From Fervidobacterium sp. (GTDB taxonomy: Bacteria > Thermotogota > Thermotogae > Thermotogales > Fervidobacteriaceae), in contig JBMFNR010000001.1 of assembly GCA_049970055.1 (NCBI GenBank), positions 416,001 through 480,000 on the forward strand: a DNA stretch of 64,000 nt. Reading direction: 5' to 3'. Under the pieces are notes generated by a model, which did not search any database, was not told the origin of the DNA, and was given only the letters and a program-made list of their open reading frames with translations. The position numbers and the translations under genes are program-made. Of the stretch, positions 22,031 through 33,337 are shown piece by piece (position 1 is the stretch's first letter; each line of letters begins with the position of its first letter).

Positions 22031-22522
22031 ATGTCTCATGAGAACCTTTGGCTTATAATTAGTGATTCACATGACAATATTCCAAATGTAGAAAAATTCA
22101 TGGAAATTGCGAAAAATAGAAAAGTCAAATGGATCTTTCACCTTGGAGATATCGTTTCACCGTTTTTAGCACCATATTTTCTAGACAATGGTGTAGAATT
22201 TCTGGGGATTTTTGGAAACAACGATGGTGAAAGATTATTCTTAATTCAAAAATTTCAATCCAAACTTCACAATGGACCGTACGATGTTCAAGTGGATAGC
22301 TTTAGGATATTCATGATGCACGAGCCTTACGCACTTCTCCCGGCTGTTAAATCTCAGCTTTACGACTTTGTATTTTACGGCCACACACATCGTTTGGATA
22401 CATACCAGGAAGGCAAAACACTTGTCATTAACCCTGGAGAATCTTGTGGTTACCTAACGGGAAGAGCAACGGCAGTGATACTTGATCCAAAGACGAAAGA
22501 ATATGAGATTGTCAAAATTTGA
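22031..22522 (+). CDS. YfcE/MJ0936-family metallophosphoesterase
   Basis: SDSHDN, HLGD, GNND, YGHTH, INPG. Confidence 0.92.
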   Translation: MSHENLWLIISDSHDNIPNVEKFMEIAKNRKVKWIFHLGDIVSPFLAPYFLDNGVEFLGIFGNNDGERLFLIQKFQSKLHNGPYDVQVDSFRIFMMHEPYALLPAVKSQLYDFVFYGHTHRLDTYQEGKTLVINPGESCGYLTGRATAVILDPKTKEYEIVKI

Positions 22523-23165
22523 GTCGATTAAAGCATTAAAATCGATAGGTAGTAATTTCCTTAATTTATTAACCAATACGCAATGCATAGTGTGTGGCAA
22601 TCAAAGTTACGGTCGTAGATTATGTAAGCATTGCATCGAGTTTGTTAATACCCCACCATCACTTGCAAGCTTTAAGCACCATGATTTAGAGATCTACTAT
22701 TTTGGCCTTTATAAGGACAAATTAAGGGATTTCATATTGGCTTATAAATTCCATAACCACGATTCTTTGCGCAGTGAATTTTCTTATATGCTCTTTAAAA
22801 CGATCAAAACCCATTCATTGAAGTTCGATTACATTACATATATACCCGCTACCCGAAGTGCCAGAAAAAAAAGAGGTTACGACCACATGTACATAATTTC
22901 AAAGGAGTTATCAAAGTTAGCAAATATAAGACTTATCAACACTTTACAAGCAGTTAGAGATACCGACCAATTACTATCGCAAAATAGAGAAGAAGCTGTA
23001 AGAGGAAAATTTGAGATAATTAATGGAGTAGACTTGCAAAATAAAACGATCTTGCTTATCGACGATGTTTACACAACCGGTAATACGATGAGAGAAGCCA
23101 TTAAAACTTTAAGGCAAGCAAATCTACTTTCTATAATACCTTTAGTCATAGCTATGAATAAATGA
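22503..23165 (+). CDS. comF: ComF family phosphoribosyltransferase-like protein
   Basis: CIVC…CKHC Zn ribbon, RGYDH, LLIDDVYTTGNT. Confidence 0.88.
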   Translation: MRLSKFESIKALKSIGSNFLNLLTNTQCIVCGNQSYGRRLCKHCIEFVNTPPSLASFKHHDLEIYYFGLYKDKLRDFILAYKFHNHDSLRSEFSYMLFKTIKTHSLKFDYITYIPATRSARKKRGYDHMYIISKELSKLANIRLINTLQAVRDTDQLLSQNREEAVRGKFEIINGVDLQNKTILLIDDVYTTGNTMREAIKTLRQANLLSIIPLVIAMNK

Positions 23166-23196
23166 AAGTAATAAAAGAAAGGAGGTTTTCGTTTTT

Positions 23197-23439
23197 ATGG
23201 ACAGAGTGTATATAACCGAAAGTACTTCTTTTGAAGAGATTGCCGAGCACTATCCGTACTTGATACAGCCACTACTTGAAAAGGGGATAAAGGTCATTGT
23301 TTGTGGCGATGTAAAATGGGGAACTGTTGGTGAGGAATTAGAGCGTATGGGCTTGGAAAAAGAAGAAATCTTGCGAGAACTAAATGAAATAGCGCAAAAA
23401 AATGGTGGCCCTGTCCACTCATTGAAGTTAGATCTTTAA
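23197..23439 (+). CDS. DUF1858-like small protein
   Basis: ITESTSFEEIAEHYP…GIKVIVCG…ILRELN; strong SD AAGGAGG. Confidence 0.6.
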   Translation: MDRVYITESTSFEEIAEHYPYLIQPLLEKGIKVIVCGDVKWGTVGEELERMGLEKEEILRELNEIAQKNGGPVHSLKLDL

Positions 23440-23547
23440 AATCGTTAATAACAATCTAAAAAAGTTGTGGTAAAATATTATGCTAGTACGATGTGGTTAA
23501 TGAGACAAATTATTCCACAATTTTTTAAATATTATGGAGGTGAACGT

Positions 23548-24810
23548 ATGAAAAAACTTTTATTGATAGTCCTACTTGTACTATCGGTGACATTTTTTGG
23601 TGCAACAAAAGTAGTTTTCTGGCATGCTATGGGTGGTGCGCAGGGTGAAACGCTCAACCAGGTTGTGAAGTCTTTTAACGAAACACACCCGGACATAGTT
23701 GTCGAAGCAGTTTACATAGGGAACTATAACGCTTTGCTACAGAAACTTCTTGCTGGCGCACAAGCAGGTCAGCTTCCAACGATTTCTCAGGCTTACTCGA
23801 ACTGGACGGCGAAGCTTTTGGAAAGCAATATCGTGGAACCACTAAACAAGTATATGAACGATCCAAAGATAGGTATAACAAAAGCGGAATGGGAGGATGT
23901 TTTTAAAGCGTTCAGGGACAACTGTACGTGGAATAACACAGTCTACGCGGTACCTTTCAACAAGAGTTTGTATATACTTTACTATAATGCTACAGCACTT
24001 TCGGCAGGTGGTATCAGCGCACCAAAATCAATTAATGAACTTCTTTATGCTTCTAAAGCTCTCACAAAAGACAAAAATAAAGACGGAAAGCCAGATGTAT
24101 ACGGCTTTGCGTTTAGAACAACGGTTGATACATTCCAAATTTTCCTCATGATGCGTGGTGGAGAAATCGTTAAAAAAGATCCAAAGACAGGAAAGTTCGT
24201 GTCAGCGATAGATTCTGCAGAAACAAGAGAAGTTCTTTCATTCTTTAAAAAACTGCTCGATGACAAAGTAGCATTCGCACAAGGTGGCTATCTCAACGAC
24301 ATATTCGGTCAGGGAACGGTTTTGATGTATATCGACACGATTGCGGGTAGAACATATGTTGAACAGTCGTCGAAGGGAAAATTCCAGTGGGCATGGGCTC
24401 CAGTTCCCGTTTGGAAAACAAGGAATGTACCATTTGCAGGAACTGATATAATCATGTTCTCAACGGCAAAGGACGATGAAAAAAGAGCTGCATGGGAATT
24501 TATGAAATACCTAATCTCACCAGAAGTAACAGCATATTGGGCAGTTAACACAGGATACTTACCTGTGAGAAAGGCAGCTCTTCAAACAACCATTTGGAAA
24601 CAAGCAGCAAAAGCTGATCCTCTCCTTGAAATACCGCTTCAGCAAATTGACAATGCTAAGATGGATCCACAACTGGGCGTTTGGACAGAGATCAGAAACG
24701 TTGTGAGTACAATGTTTAACGACTTTATCAATGGAAAAGTTGATATGGAAACGGCGATCAAAAAAGCAGATGCGGATATAAAGAAATACTTGGCAGAAGA
24801 ATATAAATAA
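23548..24810 (+). CDS. ABC transporter extracellular solute-binding protein (sugar/glycerol-3-phosphate, UgpB-like)
   Basis: Signal peptide, FWHAMGG, YAVPFNKS, AAWEFMKYL, TGYLPVRK; SD GGAGGTG. Confidence 0.9.
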   Translation: MKKLLLIVLLVLSVTFFGATKVVFWHAMGGAQGETLNQVVKSFNETHPDIVVEAVYIGNYNALLQKLLAGAQAGQLPTISQAYSNWTAKLLESNIVEPLNKYMNDPKIGITKAEWEDVFKAFRDNCTWNNTVYAVPFNKSLYILYYNATALSAGGISAPKSINELLYASKALTKDKNKDGKPDVYGFAFRTTVDTFQIFLMMRGGEIVKKDPKTGKFVSAIDSAETREVLSFFKKLLDDKVAFAQGGYLNDIFGQGTVLMYIDTIAGRTYVEQSSKGKFQWAWAPVPVWKTRNVPFAGTDIIMFSTAKDDEKRAAWEFMKYLISPEVTAYWAVNTGYLPVRKAALQTTIWKQAAKADPLLEIPLQQIDNAKMDPQLGVWTEIRNVVSTMFNDFINGKVDMETAIKKADADIKKYLAEEYK

Positions 24811-24848
24811 TATTACACTTATTACACTTTATAGTTCTTCAAAGTTGG

Positions 24849-24882
24849 AAACGGTGGGAAAACTCTTTTCCCGCCGTTTTTT
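24849..24882 (+). terminator. Intrinsic terminator
   Basis: AAACGGTGGGAAAA-CTC-TTTTCCCGCCGTTTTTT. Confidence 0.85.
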
Positions 24883-24914
24883 AGTACTTATAAATCGAAA
24901 GGGAGTGAATAAAT

Positions 24915-25551
24915 TTGCAGGAAAAAGAAAAGCTTTTGGAAGTTGAAAACCTCACAAAGTACTATGGAAGAAAACTGGCGATTGAAAAGATTACTTTCCA
25001 GGTTAATTCAGGTGAAATCGTTGGATTTGTTGGACCAAATGGTGCAGGAAAAACTACAACAATGAGAACCATTTTGGGATATCTGAGACCCACATCAGGT
25101 CAAGTGTGCAACTCTTACCAAAGGCATTTTTAAAGATATCCGGTGTCGATCAGATAGATTTTGGTAATATTTTACACTTTTTTGCAATGCAGGGACAGAT
25201 ATGGATTTTCCTTTTTGCTACATTTTATTTAACGAGACTTTCAAGTTCGATCTTTGTGAAAGAGGAAGATGGAAAAACAATAGAGTTTATCTTTTCTCGA
25301 GAAAGCGAAGCACTTCAGATACAGCAACATTTTTTGCGCTCGGATTTTTTTATGTTTTATCACTGATAGGGCGTGTGTATGAAAAATATGGTTATCTAAA
25401 AAAATTCACTCCATTCGGTGTGTTTGATCCATCTGACCTTCTAAAACACAATGAGTTTAATTCAACTGCCTTTTTATTCATTATTATATTGTATTTTGCA
25501 ACTTTGGTATTTTCAATTTATTACTACGATAGAAAAGACATTTACACATAA
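24915..25551 (+). pseudogene. Collapsed remnant of an ABC-2 type transporter (ATPase N-terminus plus permease fragments)
   Basis: Walker A GPNGAGKTTT ends abruptly at about aa 64; permease fragments (SIFVKEEDGKTIEFI; YLKKFTPFG…YYDRKDIYT) lie in other frames. Confidence 0.8.
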
Positions 25552-25567
25552 AAAAGCTAGTCAAATT

Positions 25568-25609
25568 AAAAAAACAATCAGCCTTGTTCCCAAGGCTGAT
25601 TGTTTTTTT
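25568..25609. terminator. Bidirectional intrinsic terminator
   Basis: AAAAAAACAATCAGCCTTG-TTCC-CAAGGCTGATTGTTTTTTT. Confidence 0.9.
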
Positions 25610-25627
25610 GTTTTTCTATTGACAGTA

Positions 25628-26812
25628 TTACAAGCTTCCTGGAAAATGACACGCAACTGAATGATCTGGTTTTACCTCTCTTAACTCGGGTTTTTCTTTC
25701 GAACAAATTGGTTTCGCCACAGGGCATCTTGGGTGGAAAGGACATCCACTTGGTGGATTAACTGGACTAGGAACATCTCCTTGGAGTATTATCCTTTGCT
25801 TTTTAAACTCCGGATTTGGAACAGGTATTGCACTCATAAGTGCCTTCGTGTAAGGGTGCAATGGTTCGTCAAAGAGATCCTTCTTTTTGGCAGTTTCAAC
25901 AACTTTACCAAGATACATAACGACAACTCTACTGGAGATGTATTTAATTAGCGACAAATCATGCGATATGAATAAGTATGTCAGATTGTGTTCCTTTTGT
26001 AAGTCCATCATAAGGTTTATAACTTGCGAACGAATCGAGACATCAAGAGCTGCAACAGCTTCATCAGCAATGATGAGCTTTGGATTCATCAAAAGTGCCC
26101 TTGCAATTCCTATTCTTTGCCTTTGTCCTCCAGAGAATTCGTGTGGAAATCTGTACATATGCGTTTGATGTATTCCCACTTCTTCAAGTGCTTTCCCAAC
26201 TGTTTGGATAGCGTCTGATTTTGTAATTATTTTATGCGCAAGTGGACCTTCGGCTAAGATGTTCTTAACTCTCATTCTCGGATCCAATGAGCTGTATGGA
26301 TCTTGGAAAACAATTTGAACATCTCTTCTAAATTTCAAACGTTTTTCTTCGAGATCGCCGACGAGATAATCCATTAAACCTTTTTCTCCACTTTTTTTGA
26401 ATATTTCGTAGTATTTAACATCGATATCATCCTGTGGTTTGAAATTTTTTTGGTTAAATCTTTGGATATAAGTCTTATCAATATATTTTCTAGCTTTCCA
26501 TGTGGGTAGGAAATAATGCGTGGTATCCTCATCACCGACCAAGATCCTACCTGAAGTTGGCTCGTAAAGTCTAAGCAAGGTCATTCCAACCGTTGTCTTT
26601 CCACAACCTGATTCACCAACAAGTCCAACGGTTTCACCTTTGTAAATTTCGAAACTTACACCATCAACAGCTTTTACCCAGGCAACAATTCGCTTAAAGA
26701 TCCCTGCTCTTATTGGGAAGTATTTAACGAGATTATCTATCTTTAACAATACTTCTCTCTTTGAATTATTTGTATTTTTCTGTTCTTGGTTTTGAACGAT
26801 ATTTTCGTTCAT
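25628..26812 (-). CDS. oppF: Oligopeptide ABC transporter ATP-binding protein (OppF-like)
   Basis: [28 protein letters not shown], Cys-rich C-terminus. Confidence 0.9.
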   Translation of the reverse strand: MNENIVQNQEQKNTNNSKREVLLKIDNLVKYFPIRAGIFKRIVAWVKAVDGVSFEIYKGETVGLVGESGCGKTTVGMTLLRLYEPTSGRILVGDEDTTHYFLPTWKARKYIDKTYIQRFNQKNFKPQDDIDVKYYEIFKKSGEKGLMDYLVGDLEEKRLKFRRDVQIVFQDPYSSLDPRMRVKNILAEGPLAHKIITKSDAIQTVGKALEEVGIHQTHMYRFPHEFSGGQRQRIGIARALLMNPKLIIADEAVAALDVSIRSQVINLMMDLQKEHNLTYLFISHDLSLIKYISSRVVVMYLGKVVETAKKKDLFDEPLHPYTKALMSAIPVPNPEFKKQRIILQGDVPSPVNPPSGCPFHPRCPVAKPICSKEKPELREVKPDHSVACHFPGSL

Positions 26813-27840
26813 GCATCTTCACCAGCCTTTATTATTTCCTGTGCATTTTCAACTTTCTTGTAGAAGAAACATCTTGAATAGTGTTCGGGCTCAACTTGGA
26901 CGAGGTCTGGCATTTCTATTTCACATTTGGATTCCTTAAATTCACATCTGTTGCTGAATCTACATCCTGGCGGGAAATGCAATGGGTCTGGAACCATTCC
27001 AGGTATACTGTACAGTCTGTCCTGTTCCACGTCAAGCCTTGGTATTGCGTTCAGTAGACCCCAAGTGTATGGATGCTTTGGTTTTTTGAAAATTGTTTTG
27101 ACATCGGCAGTTTCCATAACTTTTCCACCGTACATGACAACTACTCTATCAGCATTTTCAGCTATAACCCCAACATCGTGTGTTATAAGTATTATAGCCA
27201 TTCCGTATTCTCTTTGGAGTTCTTTCATAAGTTCAAGTATTTGAGCTTGTATTGTCACATCAAGAGCGGTTGTTGGTTCATCAGCAATAAGTAGTTTGGG
27301 CCTACAAGAGAGAGCCATAGCTATCATGGCTCTTTGTCTCATACCACCGGAAAGCTCATGTGGATACTCATCCACACGTTTTTCAGGTTCCGGAATTCCC
27401 ACTTTTCTAAGCATATCGATTGCCATCTGTCTTGCAGTTTTCTTATCAACATCTTGGTGGAGTAATATTGCTTCCATAATCTGCTCACCAATTGTGAAAA
27501 CGGGGTTTAGCGCAACCATGGGCTCTTGGAATATCATCGCTATCTCGTTACCACGGATTTTTCTCATCTCATCGTCTGTAAGTTCAAGCAAATTCTTACC
27601 GTTAAATATTATCTCACTACCTTCTTCTATCTTACCCTTTGGATCAAGAAGCCTAAGGATAGTGAGAGAAGTAACGCTCTTACCGCTACCGGATTCACCA
27701 ACGATACCTAATGTTTCTCCTTCGTATACTTCGAAATCAACACCATCGACGGCTTTGACAACGCCATCTTCTGTATAAAAATATGTGCGCAAATTTCTAA
27801 CAGTTAATAGTGGCTTTTTCTCCAATTTGTCCACCTCCAT
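26809..27840 (-). CDS. oppD: Oligopeptide ABC transporter ATP-binding protein (OppD-like)
   Basis: [31 protein letters not shown]. Confidence 0.92.
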   Translation of the reverse strand: MEVDKLEKKPLLTVRNLRTYFYTEDGVVKAVDGVDFEVYEGETLGIVGESGSGKSVTSLTILRLLDPKGKIEEGSEIIFNGKNLLELTDDEMRKIRGNEIAMIFQEPMVALNPVFTIGEQIMEAILLHQDVDKKTARQMAIDMLRKVGIPEPEKRVDEYPHELSGGMRQRAMIAMALSCRPKLLIADEPTTALDVTIQAQILELMKELQREYGMAIILITHDVGVIAENADRVVVMYGGKVMETADVKTIFKKPKHPYTWGLLNAIPRLDVEQDRLYSIPGMVPDPLHFPPGCRFSNRCEFKESKCEIEMPDLVQVEPEHYSRCFFYKKVENAQEIIKAGEDA

Positions 27841-28775
27841 TACTTCAACCTTGGGTCAAAGACATCTCTTAGTGCATCACCGACAAGATTCCAAGCAAGA
27901 ACAAATAGAACCATTGCCATACCTGGATAAAATATGGCGTACCAATATGTAAACGCGGAACCTGTTGTTCCGAGTATCCAGTTTCTTGTATAGTTCAACA
28001 TCGAACCCCAATCAGCATATCCAAGTGGTGCACCAAGACCCAAGAATGACAAGCCTGCGGCGGTAATAACCAATGAACCCATACGCATCGAGGCTTGAAT
28101 TAAAACAGGGAATATTGTATTAGGCAAAACGTGTCTAACAATTATGAAAAAGTCTTTAACTCCAAGAGCTTTTGCTGCCAAAACGAACTGTTCTTCTTTT
28201 ACTTGAAGTATATTTGCCCTGATGAGCCTAGCTGCACCCATCCATCCAAAAACAGTCATAGCGATCATAACCTTGTCAAGGCCATTTCCAAGAATCGTTG
28301 TCAGAACCATGGCGGCAAGTAAAAATGGAATGGACATAAAAACATCCGTTATTCTCATCAAAATCTCGTCTATCCACCCGCCGTAATAACCTGCAATTGA
28401 ACCGATTATGATACCGAATATTGTCGATATAATCGTAACGGTCAGACCAATGTAGAAAGCAGTTCTCGTACCCCAGACAACACCGTAGAATATATCTCTA
28501 CCTTGAATCATACCAAATGGATGTTCAGCAGATGGTGGTACTGGTTCTGAACTCCAAGTGATGACTGGCATTATATATGGATTATCAAGTTTCATTGGAT
28601 TGCCATTCTCATCTAGCATTAATGGGTTTATTGGTTTTGCTATCACTGGTGCAATTATCGCTATTACCACAAAAAATATTAACAAAACAAATCCCAATAC
28701 AGCTGATGGATTTCTAAGAATTTTTCGCATTATACGTTTAAATTCTGTATTTTGCTTTTTACCTTCGCTCATCAT
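27840..28775 (-). CDS. oppC: Oligopeptide ABC transporter permease (OppC-like)
   Basis: HPFG…GRDIF, EAA loop [20 protein letters not shown]. Confidence 0.92.
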   Translation of the reverse strand: MMSEGKKQNTEFKRIMRKILRNPSAVLGFVLLIFFVVIAIIAPVIAKPINPLMLDENGNPMKLDNPYIMPVITWSSEPVPPSAEHPFGMIQGRDIFYGVVWGTRTAFYIGLTVTIISTIFGIIIGSIAGYYGGWIDEILMRITDVFMSIPFLLAAMVLTTILGNGLDKVMIAMTVFGWMGAARLIRANILQVKEEQFVLAAKALGVKDFFIIVRHVLPNTIFPVLIQASMRMGSLVITAAGLSFLGLGAPLGYADWGSMLNYTRNWILGTTGSAFTYWYAIFYPGMAMVLFVLAWNLVGDALRDVFDPRLK

Positions 28776-28786
28776 CTGGCACCTCC

Positions 28787-29824
28787 TTAACCGAGTCTGA
28801 CGCGTGGATCAAATACTGCGTATAGAATATCAATAATGAGGTTACCAACTACAAGCAACGTTGAGTAGAAAAGTGTAGTGCCCAAAACTGTTGCATAATC
28901 AAGAGAAACTGCGGCATCAGCTGCCAATCTACCGATACCTGTTCTGTTGAAAATAACCTCTATGATAACAGTACCTGAGAGCAAACCTATAACCATCGCC
29001 CCAGCAACGGTAACTACTGGAATCATTGCATTCTTCTTTGCATGCATATGAATAACATCTTTCTCTGGAACACCTTTTGCACGAGCAGTTCTCACATATT
29101 CTTTTGAGAGAACTTCAAGCATACTCGACCTTGTGATTCTCAGTAAGTACGCCCACCAAAGGAAAGAAAGTGTCAAGACAGGACCTATGATATGTCTGAG
29201 TGCATCCCAGAAAACATCCAGTCTACCATTTATAAGCGCATCGATAGTTAATAAGTGGGTTACCTTCATGAACGATTGGGACTTAACAACCTCTTCAGCC
29301 CACTGTGAGAGTGTTCCCGGTGGGAACCAACCAAGCACTGAATAAAAGACCATCAAAACAAGGAGTCCAAAGACGAAATCAGGGAATGACCAACCGATAA
29401 TAGCTATGATCCTTATAAAATGGTCTAAAAACTTATCTCTATTTACGGCTGCAGCCACACCAAGCCAAATGCCAACACCAACAACTGGAAAGAGTGCATA
29501 CAGTGCAAGTTCAAGCGTGTATGGGAACCTACTCCATATAGCTTTCAAAACAGGTTCCTTACCGACCTGTGACCAACCAAGATCACCTTTGAGTGCATTC
29601 CAAAGCCATAGTCCGTATCTTTCCACAAACGGTTTGTTCAAACCGTACTTTTCCTTCAAAGCATCAAGTTCTTCGTTTGTTAGTTTATCAAAGACGTTCG
29701 GGTTGACATACGAGGCCAAAAGTTTATCTGGTCCTAAGATCTGGAACAAACTGAATATGATGAGTGAAACACCCAAGACTATCAGTGGTAACAAGAGTAA
29801 CCTCCTGATAATAAACGTTGTCAA
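28787..29824 (-). CDS. oppB: Oligopeptide ABC transporter permease (OppB-like)
   Basis: FIIRRLL, GDLGWS, YVRTARAKG, DILYAVFDPRVR. Confidence 0.92.
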   Translation of the reverse strand: MTTFIIRRLLLLPLIVLGVSLIIFSLFQILGPDKLLASYVNPNVFDKLTNEELDALKEKYGLNKPFVERYGLWLWNALKGDLGWSQVGKEPVLKAIWSRFPYTLELALYALFPVVGVGIWLGVAAAVNRDKFLDHFIRIIAIIGWSFPDFVFGLLVLMVFYSVLGWFPPGTLSQWAEEVVKSQSFMKVTHLLTIDALINGRLDVFWDALRHIIGPVLTLSFLWWAYLLRITRSSMLEVLSKEYVRTARAKGVPEKDVIHMHAKKNAMIPVVTVAGAMVIGLLSGTVIIEVIFNRTGIGRLAADAAVSLDYATVLGTTLFYSTLLVVGNLIIDILYAVFDPRVRLG

Positions 29825-29953
29825 CTACCGCCACCTCCTGAAATAGTGTCAAAAAAATAATTGTAATTATTATCGAAGCCCAGCGACAAACCCAGTGTAC
29901 CTAAAAGAAATTATAACACTCTTGTACAGATTATCAACTAACTTAACAGTAAT

Positions 29954-31639
29954 TTAAGAGTTTCTGAGGTTATATAGTTCACTTAACAAACTTTCAGCGG
30001 CCCTCTTTCCAATTAATTGTTCGATTTCCACTCTTGACACAGACAAAATTTCCTCAACAGAAGTGTAACGTTCCAGTAGTAATCTCTTACGCTTCGGTCC
30101 TATCCATTTAATTTCGTCCAAAAAACTCCTGAGAGACCTCTTCGTTGAAATTTTTCTTGTAAACTCATTAGCTACACGGTGCGTTTCATCTCTTATCCGA
30201 ACTAGCAGTCTCAAAACTGGATGTTCACATGGAAGTTTGATTTCGCCATGCTTTGTTACAATTATCTCTTCTTTCTTTGCAAGACCAACAACGTCACAAC
30301 TTTTACCTATCTCACTTAGTGCTTCGTACACAGCATTTACTTGTCCAATTCCACCATCTACGAAAATCAAGTCTGGAAGTTCATGTTTTGTGTAACGTCT
30401 CTTTATTACTTTTCTGATACTCTCAAAATCGTCCAATATATCACCCAGTTTATACCTTCTGTACTCATCCTTTTTAACATCACCATTTTCAAAGACTATG
30501 AGTGACGCTGTCGTACTTTTTCCAGCCATGTGAGAAATATCTATTCCTTCTATACGATTCGGTAGCTTAGATAAGCCGAGTAATTCTTTCATCTGTTTAA
30601 GAGTATTTTTGTTTGATACGATCAGTCCGATTTCATAGTTTAGATTGTCTATGGCCTTATTCAAAAGCCGCTTTTCAACATCTGAACTTGCTTGAGTTAT
30701 CTGAATATTCATTATCTTTTCAAACTCTTTCAGTTCTTTGGTTAACCTTTCAACAATAATTTTTTCGGGTATGTCTATGTTATTTCTAATGTAAAATAAC
30801 TCGACAAATTCTTCGATTGTACCATCGTATTCGTAAACTAGCTTTGAAATTAAGTATCCGGAACGAATTTTAAAGACCAAGTAGGTATTATGTTTTCCAA
30901 CAAGTACATCGAGATTGACGGACTCTGTAAGAACAACACCTTGTGTTTCTATGACTTTATTGAAATTAAGCAAAATGTCTCTATACTTTGCTGCATTTTC
31001 AAAATCTAACAAATTCGCATGTTTTTCCATTTTCGACTTCACGTACGATATAACCTGTGAAAAATCGCCTTTTAGCACACTCTTGAGATTGTCAATTCTT
31101 TCATTATACTCTTTGATGCTCTCTTGTCTCACACAAATACCTAAACAGAGTCCAAGGTGGTAATCCATACAAGGCTTTTTTAAATTCGATATATTCTTTT
31201 TGCAAGTTCTGAATTTGTACACTTTCCTCAATACTTCAAAAAGCTGGCGTGTAAAGTGGACATTCGTGAAAGGACCGTAGAAGAGCCCAGTTCCTTTTCG
31301 GCTTCTCACTATTTCAACGTAAGGTACTTCATCGTTGCTAATTCGTATGTAAGGATACACTTGCGTATCTTTCAATAAGGCGTTGTACTTTGGTTTGTAT
31401 TCAAATATCATATTAGCTTCCAATATAAGAGCTTCTTTTTCATTTTCAAGTAAAACAACCTGAATGTCGTCGGCCTCTTCCACAATTAACTTGCTTTTCC
31501 CTTCTTTAGCTTTAAAATGTGATGTCAGACGTTTTCGTAAGTCTTTTGCTTTTCCGATATATATAAAATCTTGTCCTTTTTTAAAAATATAAACTCCAGG
31601 TTTATGAGGTATGTTGTCAAGCATTTCTATCGAAAGCAT
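29954..31639 (-). CDS. uvrC: Excinuclease ABC subunit C
   Basis: GIY-YIG (PGVY…IYIGKAKDLRKR), UVR domain, IEGIDISH, DGGIGQ, RDETHR, HhH. Confidence 0.96.
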   Translation of the reverse strand: MLSIEMLDNIPHKPGVYIFKKGQDFIYIGKAKDLRKRLTSHFKAKEGKSKLIVEEADDIQVVLLENEKEALILEANMIFEYKPKYNALLKDTQVYPYIRISNDEVPYVEIVRSRKGTGLFYGPFTNVHFTRQLFEVLRKVYKFRTCKKNISNLKKPCMDYHLGLCLGICVRQESIKEYNERIDNLKSVLKGDFSQVISYVKSKMEKHANLLDFENAAKYRDILLNFNKVIETQGVVLTESVNLDVLVGKHNTYLVFKIRSGYLISKLVYEYDGTIEEFVELFYIRNNIDIPEKIIVERLTKELKEFEKIMNIQITQASSDVEKRLLNKAIDNLNYEIGLIVSNKNTLKQMKELLGLSKLPNRIEGIDISHMAGKSTTASLIVFENGDVKKDEYRRYKLGDILDDFESIRKVIKRRYTKHELPDLIFVDGGIGQVNAVYEALSEIGKSCDVVGLAKKEEIIVTKHGEIKLPCEHPVLRLLVRIRDETHRVANEFTRKISTKRSLRSFLDEIKWIGPKRKRLLLERYTSVEEILSVSRVEIEQLIGKRAAESLLSELYNLRNS

Positions 31640-31759
31640 ATTCTACCTCCTGTACAAAAATTAACTTTATCTTCATAAGATATTGCTTGATTTTTCGCGA
31701 GAATAACTATAAACTACTTTTGTATTTTTGTTGTATTTCTCAAAAGTGGAGGTGCCAAC

Positions 31760-33337
31760 ATGCCTGAGAAGTATATTGTTGTGACAGGTGGTGTTTTAAG
31801 TGGGATCGGAAAAGGAATATTCTCTGCTTCACTAGCCCGAGTGCTTAAGGAAGTAGGAGTTGACATAAATGTATTAAAAATTGACCCGTATTTAAACGTG
31901 GATGCTGGTACAATGAATCCAAACCAACATGGCGAAGTCTTTGTTACCGACGATGGTTACGAAGCCGATCTTGATCTTGGACACTACGAACGGTTTTTGG
32001 GTGTAAGCATGTCGCGACGAAATAACGTAACAGCTGGTCAGATATATTCTACCATAATTCAAAGAGAACGTGAAGGAAAGTATCTGGGTTCAACTGTGCA
32101 AGTAGTTCCGCACGTTACATCGGAAATCAAAGAGCGAATAACAACAATGTCAGGGAAAGTACTATCGATAGAAATAGGTGGAACCGTTGGAGATATAGAG
32201 GGTGAAGTATTTTTGGAAGCAGTTAGAGAATTAGCTTTCGAAAAAAGCAGAAATGATTTTCTTTTCATTCACGTAACGTATGTACCGTATCTAAGAGTTA
32301 CCAACGAGTTTAAAACAAAACCAACGCAACAATCGGTTCAGCTTTTGAGAAAAATAGGAATTCAACCGGATATGATTGTTGTAAGAAGCGAGCTCCCAAT
32401 CGACAGTCAAAGCTTGTACAAAATAGCACTATTTAGCGGTGTGCCTCGAGACATGGTTATCAATCTTCCAGATGTTGGAAATGTGTATCAAATACCAGAA
32501 ACACTGTACGAAGCACAAATACACAAAATTGTTGCGAAGAAACTTGGAATAGAAATTGAAGACAAGAAGTTGAATTGGTTTTACCCAAAATCTTTCAAGC
32601 CTTACAGAATTGCACTTATTGGTAAATACCTTGGTACAGACGATGCGTACAAAAGTATCATTGAATCGATTTTTCTTGCTGGTGTACAAAAACCAGTTGT
32701 TGTTGATGCGCAAGAACTTGAAGAACTTGATGACGATGCGGTTGCACAAAAGCTTTCGAGCTACGATGCGTTGATAATACCTGGTGGTTTTGGACGACGA
32801 GGGATAGAAGGGAAGATAAAAGCTATAAAATACGCAAGGGAAAACAACAAACCGATATTAGGGATATGTTTGGGAATGCAACTTATGGCTATCGAATTTG
32901 CAAGAAATGTACTTGGTTTTAAAGGAGCAAATTCTACAGAGTTTGACGAAAATACGCCTTACCCTGTTGTAAACATGATGGAAAATCAAAAGAAAGTCAT
33001 GAATCTTGGTGGAACTATGAGGCTTGGTGCCCAGAAGATGAAGGTTCTCATAGATACTAAACTTTACAATATATACAAAGAAGAGGTAGTATACGAACGT
33101 CATAGACACAGGTACGAAGTCGATACGGAAAATTACCGTGATATGTTCAAAAGACCGGGGGAAGATGGATACAAATTTGTTATCGCAGGTGAATCTGAAT
33201 TCTTAGAAGCGATAGAACTTGACAACCATCCATTTTTCGTGGGTGTGCAGTTCCATCCTGAATACAAAAGCAAGGTTGGCTCACCGCATCCGATATTCTT
33301 AGGACTAATAAGAGCAATAGAGGAGGTTAACCAGTGA
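31760..33337 (+). CDS. pyrG: CTP synthase
   Basis: VTGGVLSGIGKG, DLDLGHYERF, KTKPTQ, GICLGMQ, QFHPE. Confidence 0.98.
   Translation: MPEKYIVVTGGVLSGIGKGIFSASLARVLKEVGVDINVLKIDPYLNVDAGTMNPNQHGEVFVTDDGYEADLDLGHYERFLGVSMSRRNNVTAGQIYSTIIQREREGKYLGSTVQVVPHVTSEIKERITTMSGKVLSIEIGGTVGDIEGEVFLEAVRELAFEKSRNDFLFIHVTYVPYLRVTNEFKTKPTQQSVQLLRKIGIQPDMIVVRSELPIDSQSLYKIALFSGVPRDMVINLPDVGNVYQIPETLYEAQIHKIVAKKLGIEIEDKKLNWFYPKSFKPYRIALIGKYLGTDDAYKSIIESIFLAGVQKPVVVDAQELEELDDDAVAQKLSSYDALIIPGGFGRRGIEGKIKAIKYARENNKPILGICLGMQLMAIEFARNVLGFKGANSTEFDENTPYPVVNMMENQKKVMNLGGTMRLGAQKMKVLIDTKLYNIYKEEVVYERHRHRYEVDTENYRDMFKRPGEDGYKFVIAGESEFLEAIELDNHPFFVGVQFHPEYKSKVGSPHPIFLGLIRAIEEVNQ

Noticed and set aside
24811..24830. TATTACACT duplication after the solute-binding protein stop
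   Set aside because: Two copies of 9 bp in a 3' UTR, most simply a slippage event
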